64,000 nucleotides of DNA, taken from NCBI GenBank assembly GCA_040285855.1, contig JAUFOQ010000001.1, forward strand, positions 3,596,001 to 3,660,000, written 5' to 3'. The position numbers and the translations under genes are program-made. Under the pieces are notes generated by a model, which had not been told where the DNA came from, searched no databases, and worked only from the letters and a program-made list of their open reading frames with translations. How positions within the stretch are numbered: position 1 is the first letter of the stretch; each line of letters starts with the position of its first letter. Positions 1 through 12,049 of this stretch are shown here, piece by piece. The DNA is from Eukaryota sp. GEM-RC1. Taxonomy: Eukaryota.

Positions 1-636
1 TTCCTCATAGTGGAAATCCAATTAGCTTCCTTAAAATCCTCGTCATCATAATTAAAGATTCCCTGCCTTGTTAAAGAACAAGGCCTATGTCGCTTTACTG
101 ATTGAGGAGTGGAGGGAAGAAGGGGTGAGAGGGAAGCATTGAAGGAAAGAGAGAGAGTTGAACAACGCGTAGATAACTCCGACTTCCACGTCTCTGGAAA
201 TCCATTCTCAAAACAACTAAGAATGGAATCTGGAAGGGAGGAAGTGAGGTAGAGCTAGGTCATAAGAGGATTTGATTGTCTCACTGTGGGTAAGTACATC
301 ATTTGGTTTGAGGAAATATCGTGATCTAGAAGTTGTGACGATGTCTTTCGAGCAAGCTTTGACACGGGAAGAGCGGTAGAAGGAGGACTCCAATGACTAT
401 GATGACGTGATAATGATGACTATGTTTGAAGCACTACGGCTGATGTTGATGGGAAACCAAGGATTTAAAGATAGTAGAACTGATGTTGGGTTTTGTGACT
501 CATCAACAGCTGACTCTACGGCTTCAGATTTGTCTGTGGTGTATGTATATTCTTCATCATCAACACTATCTTCATCGAGTTCGAGTTCAGGAGATGTGCA
601 ATCAAGATCATAAATTTCGCCTTCGTCTGATTCCAT
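1..636 (-). CDS. SANTA-domain protein (KNL2/M18BP1-like), frameshifted, runs off window start
   Basis: Hand translation across frames gives LNPWFP..., HVIIVIG, SFYRSSRV...VTTSRSRYFL and SILSCFENGFPETWK; FxxGFPxxW is the SANTA C-terminal signature. Joining them needs 2-3 indel corrections or passing an in-frame TAG at 397-399. Confidence 0.5.
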
Positions 637-731
637 AGTTCGAGTCTCGAAAATGGTTGAAGGTTGAGACATTCTCTGTACTAAAAGTAGAAGTAGAAGT
701 AAAACTTCTTGCTGCCACTTTTGTCGATCTT

Positions 732-1370
732 ATGGCTAATTCTTCTTCCAGCCGATCCCGGCAGAGTACACTCTCCAGCTTCTTCCCTAGTGTCTCTGCT
801 GGTAGAATCCGGCACGATTCTCCAAAATCTTCTGTTAAACACTCTAAACCCACTCTTCGTCCTAAACGTATCATAACTCCACCACTATGGGAGGCTACTT
901 CCGTTGATATTTCGCGTGCTGCTGGAATGATATCTAAACGTAAATCTTATGATGTTTCTCCCTTTGTCAAGTTAAAAGTAGATAGTGCTGGACCAATGGG
1001 CAAAGGTGTATTTGCTGCAAGTGATATTACCAGAGGTTCACTAGTCATTGAATACAGGGGAATTCGTATTTCGTGGACAGAAGGAGAGGATAGGTTAGTA
1101 GAAGCTGATAATGATGTGGGATACATCTTTTTTGTTGAGTACAAGTCCACAAGGTTTGCTCTTGATGCATCTGAACCTCTTCCAAAATGGGGAATTGCTC
1201 GTTTTGTAAATCATAGTTATCTTCATCCTAATTTGAAGGCTAAAGTTGTTTGTGTTAACAAAGAACCTCGCTTAGTTTTCTTTGCTGCTAAGTCTATTCC
1301 TGCAGGGGAGCAACTGTTGGTAGACTATGGGGACAGGACATCTTCTGTTCCATGGTTGATGAACTCGTGA
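732..1370 (+). CDS. SET-domain lysine methyltransferase, PR-Set7/SET8-like
   Basis: GKGVFA, EYRG, GIARFVNHS, GEQLLVDYG, C-terminal PWL and no post-SET cysteines, as in SET8/KMT5A. Confidence 0.8.
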   Translation: MANSSSSRSRQSTLSSFFPSVSAGRIRHDSPKSSVKHSKPTLRPKRIITPPLWEATSVDISRAAGMISKRKSYDVSPFVKLKVDSAGPMGKGVFAASDITRGSLVIEYRGIRISWTEGEDRLVEADNDVGYIFFVEYKSTRFALDASEPLPKWGIARFVNHSYLHPNLKAKVVCVNKEPRLVFFAAKSIPAGEQLLVDYGDRTSSVPWLMNS

Positions 1371-3354
1371 GGTTTTTTGTACTAGTATTGTGTTGTATGC
1401 ATTGTATTTTTTTATCCTTGAAAAATTGAATGTTTTGTCATTTTTCAAGAAGTTGCAAGTTCATGTCGATTCTATTTCGCTGAAACCGAAATTCAAGATA
1501 ATTTGACATGATTTTGTTGATTATTTTTAAATGAATTTATTGAAGGATTGTGTATATCTTACTTCTATTGAAGACATATGCTCCTACGGGAATTGAAATA
1601 AAGTTTTAGTTCAAGTTATTGGTCCAATGTGGTGTTTTGAATTGTGAAAAATTGCAATATAAAAAGTTGCAGCATTTATCCTGTATTCCATCCAGAAATT
1701 TAAAATCCTACAGATTTAGATTAACAAGCGTCAACTGCAAATTCTGGCAAATACATTGTGTAACTTAATACACGATTTTAAATAATCAGAATTATAACAA
1801 TAAACAATTCTTTTAAGAAGAACTTGGATCATATGTTATTTTTGAATTTTACTGTAATTTAAGAATCGTGCAAATTCTACTACAATGTATCATAATTTAG
1901 TCAGATGTCAGCGGTGTTACTATAAGACATTCTTGAAGATAGCAAGCCTCATCAATGGTCAAAAAAGAATCTCAAATTAGAACATGGCAACAGCGGCGCA
2001 AATATTGGAATTATTTTTCGTAAAAATTCAGTCTATAATTAGAAAATTTAATACAAGACAATCCTGTTGAAAACAAGTCAATTCCATGGTCACGATTCAG
2101 TCTCAATTTAAGTACTGTGAACAACGTACTAAATATTTAAATTTTGAAGCGTGTAGAACTACTTCATGTAGATTGCACATTTGTTATCGTGTTAATGCAG
2201 AAGTTAAAATTATGCCTAGCAATCAAGAAAGAGATGAACCTTCGTCTATGCACTTGAAATCAAAACTTCTCTATTTATGGATAGTGCGAGTTCTTTTGTT
2301 GATACTAATTGATGGTTATGTTCTGTTCACTTAGTGGTGAGATTGGTTAAAAATGTTGATATAGTAAATTGTTAAGAAAAGACATGAAGGATCTTTAGCT
2401 AAAAGAATTGAATTAGAATTAAGTCATCTTTTTCAATTGTATAGTTTCTTAGTTTGAGTCTTGCAACGAGTTTGAAGAATAACCTATCAGAACAGTTTCT
2501 GATTGCAGTCCTTTATTTGCATACTAACCAAATTCGAAATTTAGATGAAGTCATGGAGAATTAAGGTGACGTGATATCTGAAGTTAATAAAGAAGGTTAG
2601 AATCATCGATGAGAAATCCTAATAGTTTACGGTTGTACACGACGAGAACAAATAACAGGATTGTAATCAAAAACACTGCTTGTATTCTGACATAAATAAT
2701 AATCGAATATTTAACAAAATCTAATTATTCCGACCTACTCTAGACGTGAGTAAAGATGTTGTAAATAATGTCATCATTGGCTAGCTAGACCTTGTGAACT
2801 TCGTCTGAACAATGCTGCTTGGAAATTTTACAGATGTTTTGTGTTAATTCATATATCAAGATCAATTCTTAACGACACAACCTGTATGTTATACACCCGT
2901 TTTCGAAATCAGATTGAAGAAGCTTTGATAATTGGAACAACATTTGATTTTTTTGGAAACGAGGGAATAATTTTGATGAAAATCAATCCTCGGGAATTTT
3001 GTCATTTTCCCTTATTCAATCAAATAATACTAATCCTTGCATATAATAGATAGAAATCATTACCTCAACCTAATCCTAACAGAATATTCATAGCAAAGGG
3101 AACTGGAAACAAGAACTGGTTCGAAGAAGAAAAAGAAGTAGTGAAGAATGTCATGCCATTATCATTAGAATCGTTATCAATAATTCATCTTCATTTCAAT
3201 CTTTGATTGTTATTCCCTGACTGCTCAGTAATTCATGTTAAATTTGAATTATTGAAGATAAACTCATCAGTTTCATACAATTTCTGTTGGTAAAAATGAC
3301 ATTAGTTTTCTTTGATACTTGAGAGTCTACAATTAAAGTGAATATTGATTTAAA

Positions 3355-4200
3355 CATTCTGATTTTTAGCCGTCTTTGCGGCTTTTTTTATGTGACATTC
3401 AACAATGTTCTAGCTTCATCACTCAACAACCTAGACCTTTTGGTTTGCATTTGAACAATGATGCTTGGAAGCAAAATATGCGTCTTCGTTTAGGTTTATT
3501 CCCTAGTGGTTTGCTAAATAATTCAATCTGTGTTTGCGATAACCGATCTACAGCCACATTTCGTCATGTTGTTGGTTGCAAGAATTTTTTGCAATTTCGA
3601 TCTGTTCTACATAACGCTGTTCGTGACGTTACTTATGAAATGTTCAAATCCTACAATTATAGTTGTAAAATTGAACCTCTTCTGTAACATTATAGTGACA
3701 ATAACGTGTTTGATTCTCGGCGTGGTGACTTAATTGCTCCTTTCCTGGATTCATCTCAAGTTGTGGTTGATTTTACTACAGTTGACCCGTTTGCAAAAGT
3801 CTACCAAGACTCCATATTGAATGATTCGAATGGTCATCTGGAAAAGGCTGAACAACGAAAGTGTTCAAATTATGCGGATGCTTTGCAGAAGCTTAATGAA
3901 AATCTATATTCTAAGTTTTCATTTGTTCCATTTGCCATTTCAATTTTTGGTAATATTGGTCCAGCCGGTTTAAAGTTTTTCAGTGATTTTAGTCTTTTAT
4001 GTCGTTCTAATGGCAAGGTGTTTAATAGCGCTGTATGGATTAATCGAATTATGTTCGCTCTTTATAGAAGCATTCCCAAGTATTTATGTTCCATTTATTC
4101 GAAGTTGTATAGGGACAATTCTCGTGTTGATGTGGAGAATTTAACTTCTTTCATTTTCTGAATTAGTATGTATTAATTTATTGTTGCAAATAAACTCTTA
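3355..4200 (+). mobile_element. 5'-truncated RLE non-LTR retrotransposon fragment (subfamily D), zinc knuckle + endonuclease
   Basis: MRLRLG, CxC...HxxxC, RSVLHNAVRD, RRGDL, VDFTT, K..NY, FVPFAISIFG; in-frame TAA at 3685-3687. Confidence 0.8.
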
Positions 4201-4241
4201 TGGATTGATTTAAATCAAGAAAAACAAATTCTTCTCCCATC

Positions 4242-5657
4242 ATGACTTCAACCCCGTTTGGATTCTCCCCAGCCAAAGTACTATCAGATCTTCTCTTCAA
4301 CGAGGATCTTGCTGATCAACAGATTCTCTTTAACGATGAACTCCTCCATGTAAACCGCAACGTTCTTGCTCTCAACTGCAAGTTCTTCCACGATCTCTGG
4401 CACTTAGATTTCAGTGACAAACACGAGAACCCTTTAGATCTTTCCAATCTCCCTGTTTCCCCCTCATCTCTCACCACGTTCTTCCGCGCTCTCTATGGTC
4501 AAGATGCGGATCACCAAAGATAATGCATACGATCTCTTCTATCTCTCTCACTACTTCAAATGTGATGCCCTATCTTGCCAAATCACGTCATCACTCAACT
4601 CTTCACTCGTAGACTCCCAATACTTGTCTACATTCATCTCAAAAGCCAACAAAGTGGATGATCTTCGTGCACTTTTGTTTGCAGGTCCTTTCATTCAGAA
4701 AGTCTCTTCATTTCCTCCTCTTTGTCTTTCCACTTCTTTTCTTGTTTCAATTAACGAGAACGAGTTTTGTGGATCTAAGGAAAGTCTTTGCTGGTTTGTC
4801 AAAACTCTGGTGAAGTCAATAGAAGGAGATTCTTTTGATTGTTCAGAATTGGAAGGTGTTTTGAAGTCGGTCAAAATTGATTTGTTTGATTGGAACGATT
4901 GGAATGATTTGTTACTCGAACCTCTTGAAATATTTGATAATTGTAAGGAAGTTTTGATGAAATTTCATCAAGAACGTCTTCGAATTCAGTTTTTTGAAAA
5001 AATTGTTAGTGAAAAGAACATTTTCAAAAAGTTAATGCTGAAATTCAACAGGAATTGGAATCTAAGTTGTTGGAAAATCAAAACATGCAGCAGAAGTTTG
5101 ATTCTCTTCTATTAAATAATGAAGCTCTTTTGAACAAGATTAATCAATTAGAGAAAGATAATGAGGTGCTAAGAAACTCTTCCCCTACAATGTTTTTTTC
5201 TCCTCAGCATAAACATTCTGATATTGTTATATCGAACTCTGGTAAGAGGATTTCCTTCAGTGGAAGTACTGGTCACCGTTCAATTCTAGGTGATAAACCC
5301 TTGGTGAAAGGAGGTGTTTATAAGTGGAAAGTTAGGTATCAGAGTAGTGGTGATTATTGTGTAGTTATTGGAATTGTTCTACTTAAGAACTTTAATTCTT
5401 CATCTCATCCAAGTGGCATGACTAATTCAAAGTATATCTGGGACTCCTCCAAAGAAAACCTCTCAGGATCATTTTCTAAGTGGAAAACTGGTGATGTACT
5501 AGAATTAACTGCTGACATGAGGAATAATACTTTCTCAATCAAGGAAATCAATTCTGGATATATTAACGTGATCACGAACTTTGATGACGTGGACGATGTT
5601 TATTATCCTTTTTTCTATATTTATGACTCTTCTCACGTCATTGAAATCGTTGATTGA
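4242..5657 (+). CDS. BTB - coiled coil - SPRY/B30.2 protein, copy 1 (two indels)
   Basis: BTB motifs (HVNRNVLALNCKFF, LYGQD, LSHYFKC), heptad stalk and SPRY motifs (YKWKV, IGIV, GDVLEL, YYP). ORFs 4242/4495/5055 join using the other two copies as a guide. Confidence 0.8.
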
Positions 5658-6249
5658 TTGTTGGTATTCGTGTAAATATTGTAGTTTTAATATGCTGAGA
5701 CTATTCAAAAATGAGTTATAAACGAACGAAAAGCTTTTGTAGTGATTTCTACAAGATTTCTCACATATTTTTACTATTAAAGGTAGACACTGATTTAACG
5801 CACCACAAAACGCACCATAAATGGATTATTTTTGTCCTTGTGCACCACAAGTATTAGTATTGTAGTTGTTAACAGTAATGTGTAGAATTTATTGAAAAAT
5901 GAGTTATTAATGATCAAAAATGTGAAGCTTCAGTGACGATGTTTACGAGGTTTCCTGAATACGTACATACAAACAATCTGAGTAAGAGTCAGATTCCGTC
6001 GAGCAAATGCTTTTAGAAACTCTTAAAAGTCATGATGTTATACACGAAGAATATGAATTGGAAAGGTCCAAGACAGAGTTTTATATTAAATTATAGTTAA
6101 ATCATGTCAACCTTTATGGTGCAAATAGGATTATCCTACTTTGACAGGAATCTCTAGAGATTTCCCCATTATTCCTGCTGCTTCAAATTCCATGTGAAGA
6201 GTTATTTTCCTTTTCCTCAATAAAATATCATGAATGAAATAGTATAAAG

Positions 6250-6685
6250 TAAAAGAGAGGATCTCCATACTCCGTGGCTTAAATCGAGTCAGGCATTAAC
6301 CGATTTTACCACAGTAGATGTTCATAACAAATCTTGTGTTAGAAGGAAATTAGATTCTTCTTTTAATCCGTTAACAGCTGCTGAAAAACTCAAACATTCC
6401 AAGTATGACTCTCAAGTAGAAGAAATAAATCGAAACTCATATTCCAAATTTGTGTTTCAACTTTTTGATGTTTCTCTTTTGGATCGATTAGTCCTGCTGG
6501 AAAAAATTTACGTTTATCAACATTAACCTTCACACCAAACTTGCGCAATTTCTCAACTAATTGAGAGAAATAGAATCGCATATTCCAATATATGGAAAAC
6601 ACTATACGACTTTTACATTCAGCCATTCTAAACTTACGCTTCTTTTCTTTACACAGTTCTTCGAAATCCATGAAAAATTGATCAC
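6250..6685. mobile_element. RLE retrotransposon fragment (subfamily C) with its 3' part inverted
   Basis: 6250-6500 matches ~60040-60292 forward; 6500-6685 matches the immediately following ~60292-60478 in reverse complement. Confidence 0.8.
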
Positions 6686-6724
6686 GGAATTAAAGTTTCT
6701 TTCAAACAACTTTTTCAATGTTGA

Positions 6725-9150
6725 ATGTACACCTCTCACTCATACCCTACTTTTGCTCCATGGACAGTTCCAGACTTCGGTATCCATTCTTCCTTTAAAA
6801 TAGACTTTTCTTCTTCTACAACTTCCTTCAACTCTTTCCCATATCATGAACCTCCTGTTAAGTGGCACATTCAAAATCTACCCTATCGTGTTATCTCTCC
6901 TTCCCCCAATGTCCCCTCTTTCATGTCCCATTACACTAGAGAAATCTACGGTCCAAAAGTAAAAGCCAACACTATAGACTTAGCTCTTTCATCCTCAAAA
7001 TCCTTTCTCAAAACCCATCTCCCATCTCTTCTCATTCCAGAACCTTCTTTGGATTCCCTTGTCAAAGAAGATCTCTTTCATTCTCCACCAAACTTCCAAC
7101 TTTCACAATCTGTCCTACATCCTCTGTCCACATCAACCTTCCTTATTTGGACTGCTGGTGATGACTTGAGCTCTATACACCTCACTGATTTGTTTAAACC
7201 AGAATATTCTGAAGAGACTAAGGAACTGTTTCTTACCAGGCCAATAATCCCAAATATTCCAAATTCTCTTGGTTTAAGAACTCCAGGAGTGATTAATAAC
7301 TTAAAGGCTCATAATGTCACGTCATACACCATGGGAGTATCATCAGCATCACGTTTTGGTCTTTCATTTTCTTTATTTGATTGCAGAGGTTTCTTTAGTT
7401 CTGATAGAAAATCAAAATCTAATTTGATTGCTGATTTTTCCACTAATGACGTCATCTGTGATATTTCCACGTCACCAGTCAAGGGAAGTCTTACAACCTC
7501 TGCAATTTTGAGTAATGGAAACATTGTGATTGCTTCCAGTTGATGGTACGGATGTTTCTTCATCTGAAAGGAAAGCCAATCACGACGTGATCACTAGGTC
7601 AGAATCACGTGGGTCAATCAATCGAATTTCTTGGTTGGGACACCCTTTTCAGTTACTTTCTTCCCTTAATAATGAGCTTTACCACTCAGATATACGAACT
7701 AAGAGCTCTAATAGCATTTATACAACTTCTGATGTGTCGTTCACGTCATTGTCGACTCCTGATTGTCAATCAAATCCGTTTTCGTTTTGGGCAAGTGACT
7801 ATTTCTTTTATTATTCTTTTGATTTAAGATTTACTCGAACGCCCTTGTTTCAATGGAATCATCCTTTTCCGATCACGGCACCAATAAAATGGATCGATTT
7901 TTGTCCTCAATCAAATTTGATTACAATCGCCAATCAGCAAAAATCACTCATTTTGCCATTTAATTCTTCTTTTTCTGAGCTGGTACAGTTGCCTTTTACT
8001 GTTCCTCTTTTCCAACGACCTCCGCAAGAAATATTGGCAAATAATTTGATAAAATTTGAAAATTTACCAGAATGTTCGGGAGTTTCTATATCTAAATTCG
8101 GTGATGACGTTGTTATAGGACAATCATCGACTACTGGTCACGTGTTCCTTTCCACTTTGTCCAAGAAGAGATCAAATACACCACTCACGACAACGTCATC
8201 ACTTCAATCAAAAGAACATGGGATTGTTCTAGAAGAAGTTTTCAAACCAGGCCCTGAAGAAATTTCAAAATTCGAGATAATTGATCTTTCCCAAGTGTCT
8301 GAAGAAATTTCAAAAAAGAAGCCAAATTTCATTATTGATGGCGATTTGATCAATCGAATCTCTAATAGTTTGATTTCATTCAATTCTAAAGTAGTCATTT
8401 GGCTATCTAATTGTCCGAGATCTCTACTTGAATACGTCAATTGGTTTCAATCAAGTTTTTCTATCGTTGTTGACGCTGATTTGTTACTGAAATTAACGGA
8501 AAAATATGTGGCGAATTTGAAAATTTGGAATATTTCAGATACGCTGAATATTGTTGAAATTGTCGATTTTGAGTCGAAGGAATTGATTGATGCAGCATGT
8601 GTTGTCATATACGTCGAAAATTCTGATACAAATCCACTTAAAATTCATGAAAGTTTAAATAATGAAAATTGGTGGCAAGTTCAAAATGATTCCGGTAGCA
8701 TCATTGACTCGTCAGAACTAGAAAATCGTAAGAAATTTATCAATGAACTCAAATCCCGATGGAATGTCGAAAATTCTACTGAAATTTTAAATTCTTCTCT
8801 TTCAGTTACAACTTCATCAGGCCGAAACAGTCTTGAATATGCAAAGAGAGTTTCTCAAAAGAAAAGGAAACCTGTACAACCTAGCAAATCATGGCAGGAC
8901 AAAGTTAATCCTAGACATAAAGATGTAGAAGTGGAGGATCCAGATATTAAAGACGAAAAATCTGATTTTATTAAAAATGAATATTTTAAATCTGGTGAAA
9001 GTCAATTATTTAATTCGAGTCAAAATTTTGAGAATCCCATTGGCGAAATAGATTTTAGTGAAATGTCAACACAACCATTGGAAGATACTTATCATGGTAA
9101 TTCTAAAAAGGAATTAAGAAACGAAAGAAAAAGATGCGGAAGGGATTTTG
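6725..9150 (+). CDS. TAF1C/Rrn6-like RNA polymerase I initiation factor subunit (beta-propeller), frameshifted
   Basis: SFDLRFTRTPLFQWNHP resembles the TAF1C DxRxxxxPxLxWxH motif; an alternative frame near 9125-9148 reads KKKMRKGF, like the basic GF end of TAF1C. ORFs 6725 and 7530 are joined by one indel. Confidence 0.5.
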
Positions 9151-9167
9151 GAAAAAACTACATATAT

Positions 9168-10667
9168 TTAAAATTCACTTTTTCTGGGTATTTTGGAGTG
9201 AACTTCTTTGTACAAATCAAAAATTTGTTGAATTTGAGAATGTTGCTCTTTCAAATTTGTTTCAATTAATTTGGCCTTCAGTGATTGTGTTTTCTCAAGT
9301 TCTACAACTTTGCATTTATAACCATCAATCTTCTTTTCAAACTTTTCCAAGTTGTTCTCCCACTGAATTTCATTTTTTCCAAATATTTTAATATCTGACG
9401 CTGACATTTCAATCTGCGTCAAATTTTTCAAATCATGTGCATGATCTACAAGGTCTTCAGCTTTTTCTGATACTGACTTAAATTTACGTTCCAAGGTAAA
9501 GAAATTTGAATTTAAAACAGAAAGTTTACTGTAGAGTTCATTAGTGAGTGCCAGTTGATTAGAAAGACGTTCCTGGTTTTTAATACATAAATTCTCTGCA
9601 ATATTAAAATTTTGTTCAACAGGTTCAATGACATGCCTAAAAACCTTGTCGAGCCACATATTTAAACCATCAAAATTTGAAATATTCTTAGAATCAACAA
9701 GTAAATCCGGAAGAACACCATTTGAAATTTTGAACATTTTTTCCGTGAGACTTTCGGCTTTTTCAACAACTTTCAACATTGAAACTCCAGAACCTTGTTG
9801 GAAAAGCACAAAACAACCACCACCAATACAAATCAATTTCCCTCCAGAAATATTCTTTGATGAATCAACAAGTTCTAAATTACTGCTATTCCCATTTGTT
9901 GATATCGTGATGGTAAATAAACCGGTATTAAAAATGACCAGAAATATTAAATTATTCCCAAATACCACGACATCAACTGCTATAAATGACCCTGAAAGAA
10001 GAGATTCTGGTAAATGAAACCGTATAACCTCAACTGACTCTGAATGTATTTCGACAATTCCACCACATACCAGTAAGAAAAAAGTACTTAACTTAAAATC
10101 AACAGACAGAAAACCATCCCTTGGAGAGATTTTCTTTGAGAAATTAATTGAAGTGACGTTTAATGATTTTGGACAGACAGACAACGCATCAACTGTTCCA
10201 TCTGATCTTCTAAAGTAAAGACTATCATTACAAGAGTGAAGCAGTAGGGAATCAGAGAAGAGATCAAGGGAAGTCAGAGGTCGCTCTAAAAGATTAGACG
10301 GCGGCGTAGTGAATTGGACAAGAAGAAGGGAATCGTCAAGGGTCTGAAAAGCACAGATAGGAGGCGAGAAGGACTTGAGGAAGGCTGCTGATATAGAGTA
10401 GTAAGGGATGGCTTCAAATGAGGGGAATTTAAAGGATACGGTGGGATTTGAAATGATGTAGTTGAATCTGATGCAGTCAGAATTGAGAACAAGGATTAGA
10501 TAACAGTCGTGTGAGTATTTAGAGACAAGAACTTGAGAGAAAGGGGCAGGAATTTGACCGACAAGTGAAGTTGTATACTGCAGCTGTGCATTGAGATCGA
10601 CATGATACAAGTTGTCCTCGAAATAGAAGACAACAGAGGAACTGTTCAGCGGTAGAACAGAGTTCAT
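9168..10667 (-). CDS. Beta-rich N-terminus plus C-terminal coiled coil; possibly Nup88/Nup82-like nucleoporin
   Basis: About 500 aa intact ORF; assignment rests on architecture only. Confidence 0.35.
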   Translation of the reverse strand: MNSVLPLNSSSVVFYFEDNLYHVDLNAQLQYTTSLVGQIPAPFSQVLVSKYSHDCYLILVLNSDCIRFNYIISNPTVSFKFPSFEAIPYYSISAAFLKSFSPPICAFQTLDDSLLLVQFTTPPSNLLERPLTSLDLFSDSLLLHSCNDSLYFRRSDGTVDALSVCPKSLNVTSINFSKKISPRDGFLSVDFKLSTFFLLVCGGIVEIHSESVEVIRFHLPESLLSGSFIAVDVVVFGNNLIFLVIFNTGLFTITISTNGNSSNLELVDSSKNISGGKLICIGGGCFVLFQQGSGVSMLKVVEKAESLTEKMFKISNGVLPDLLVDSKNISNFDGLNMWLDKVFRHVIEPVEQNFNIAENLCIKNQERLSNQLALTNELYSKLSVLNSNFFTLERKFKSVSEKAEDLVDHAHDLKNLTQIEMSASDIKIFGKNEIQWENNLEKFEKKIDGYKCKVVELEKTQSLKAKLIETNLKEQHSQIQQIFDLYKEVHSKIPRKSEF

Positions 10668-10736
10668 TGTTTTGTTAGTTGAGAAAGTTTGTAAAATCAA
10701 CAACTCCAACTACATCATAACTTTATAGAACTAAAT

Positions 10737-11925
10737 ATGCTGGATGAGCCTCGCTTTCTCTTACCAGAGACTTTTGAGTCAATTAGAAGGAAAAGGATAC
10801 AACGAGAAAATGATCTTGCTGAGTTCCTCGAGTTAGAGCAGTCAATACTGCTATCTAGTGGCACACATCCACATGATTCCAGATCTACTGTCTCTATTCA
10901 AACTGCTGCTGTTCCAAAAACCCCAAAAATCGAGAAAAAACTCTCTACTACGGCTACTCAAACTTCTTCTTCTACCTCCAACCCAAAACCAGCAACACCC
11001 ACTCCCCTGTAGATGTGGCTTCTCTACCAAAGTTTTTGCTCTTGAAAAGAACGCACTCAACTAAAACAACAACTTGATCTAGTTACATCGAAGCAAGACA
11101 GTGCAGTTGCTGAAGTCAACTCTCTCAAGGCCACTATATCCAGGCTGCGACGTCGAATCTCTCTTTTAGAAGATGAAAGAAATGATCTAAGAGAGACCAT
11201 CACCTCTAACGTTCTCAATGAAACCCCAGTTCAAACCCCCTCATCAATCAAACCTGTTGCTTCACTTCCCCCCTCCAGAAGATCACACCTTTGTCAATGA
11301 CTCTGAAGATCTATCTCAGTGTTCAATAGCTGCACAGCCCTTTGACTTTGAGATTCAGACAGATGAGAAGAGTTTTCCTGATAAAGTTGAGCGAACCTTT
11401 TCTTCAGGACGGAAAGTTTCGTGTTTTTCAAACGGTACTGTTAAAGAAGTGTTGCCTAGCGGTGTTAATACAATTGTATTTAAAAACAAGGACGTTAAAA
11501 GAACGTTTACTGATGGGAAAGTTATCTACAAGTATACCGATGTCGGTACAGTACATACCACGTTATCTGATGGCGTGCAAATTTATGAGTTTGCCAATGG
11601 ACAAAAGGAAATTCATACTGAGAAACAGAAGGAGATTGTATTTGCTGATGGTACTGTGAAGTTAGTTTTAGAAAATGGTGAAGAGAAGTCTACATTTCCT
11701 GATGGAACAGTCCAACACGTCACTTCGGATGGTGTTCGGACAATAGTATTTGTTAATGGCCAACGTGAGATTCACGATCCAAATGGTAGAAAACAAAGAA
11801 TCTACCCAGATGGAACGATTAAGCAAGTTGACGTGGATGGGAGTGTGACGACGACCTACATATCTGGAAGAGTCAGGGTCAAAGATCAAAATGGGAGGCT
11901 GATTAGTGATACTTTGAGTGGATGA
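10737..11925 (+). CDS. CENPJ: SAS-4/CPAP centriole protein (coiled coil + TCP10 C-terminal domain), frameshifted
   Basis: Repeated F.NG/F.DGT beta-hairpins and terminal GRVRVKDQNGRLI typical of Tcp10_C; coiled-coil segment at 11020-11200. Confidence 0.8.
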
Positions 11926-12049
11926 TGACGTATTTTTGACGTGTTTAATGTGTATTTTTCTTGTATCATAGTGATTTATTAGAGCTCATGAATCGATCAA
12001 TCAGTTATGATTTATTGACTTTTGCTGAATTTTATTGAAATTCATTAAA

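Noticed and set aside
397..399. Stop-codon reassignment (in-frame TAG in the SANTA gene)
   Set aside because: No in-frame stops across ~4500 dynein codons, and TAA, TAG and TGA all end conserved genes
1400..3350. Short ORFs in AT-rich intergenic DNA
   Set aside because: No motifs or coding-like composition; probably decayed repeats
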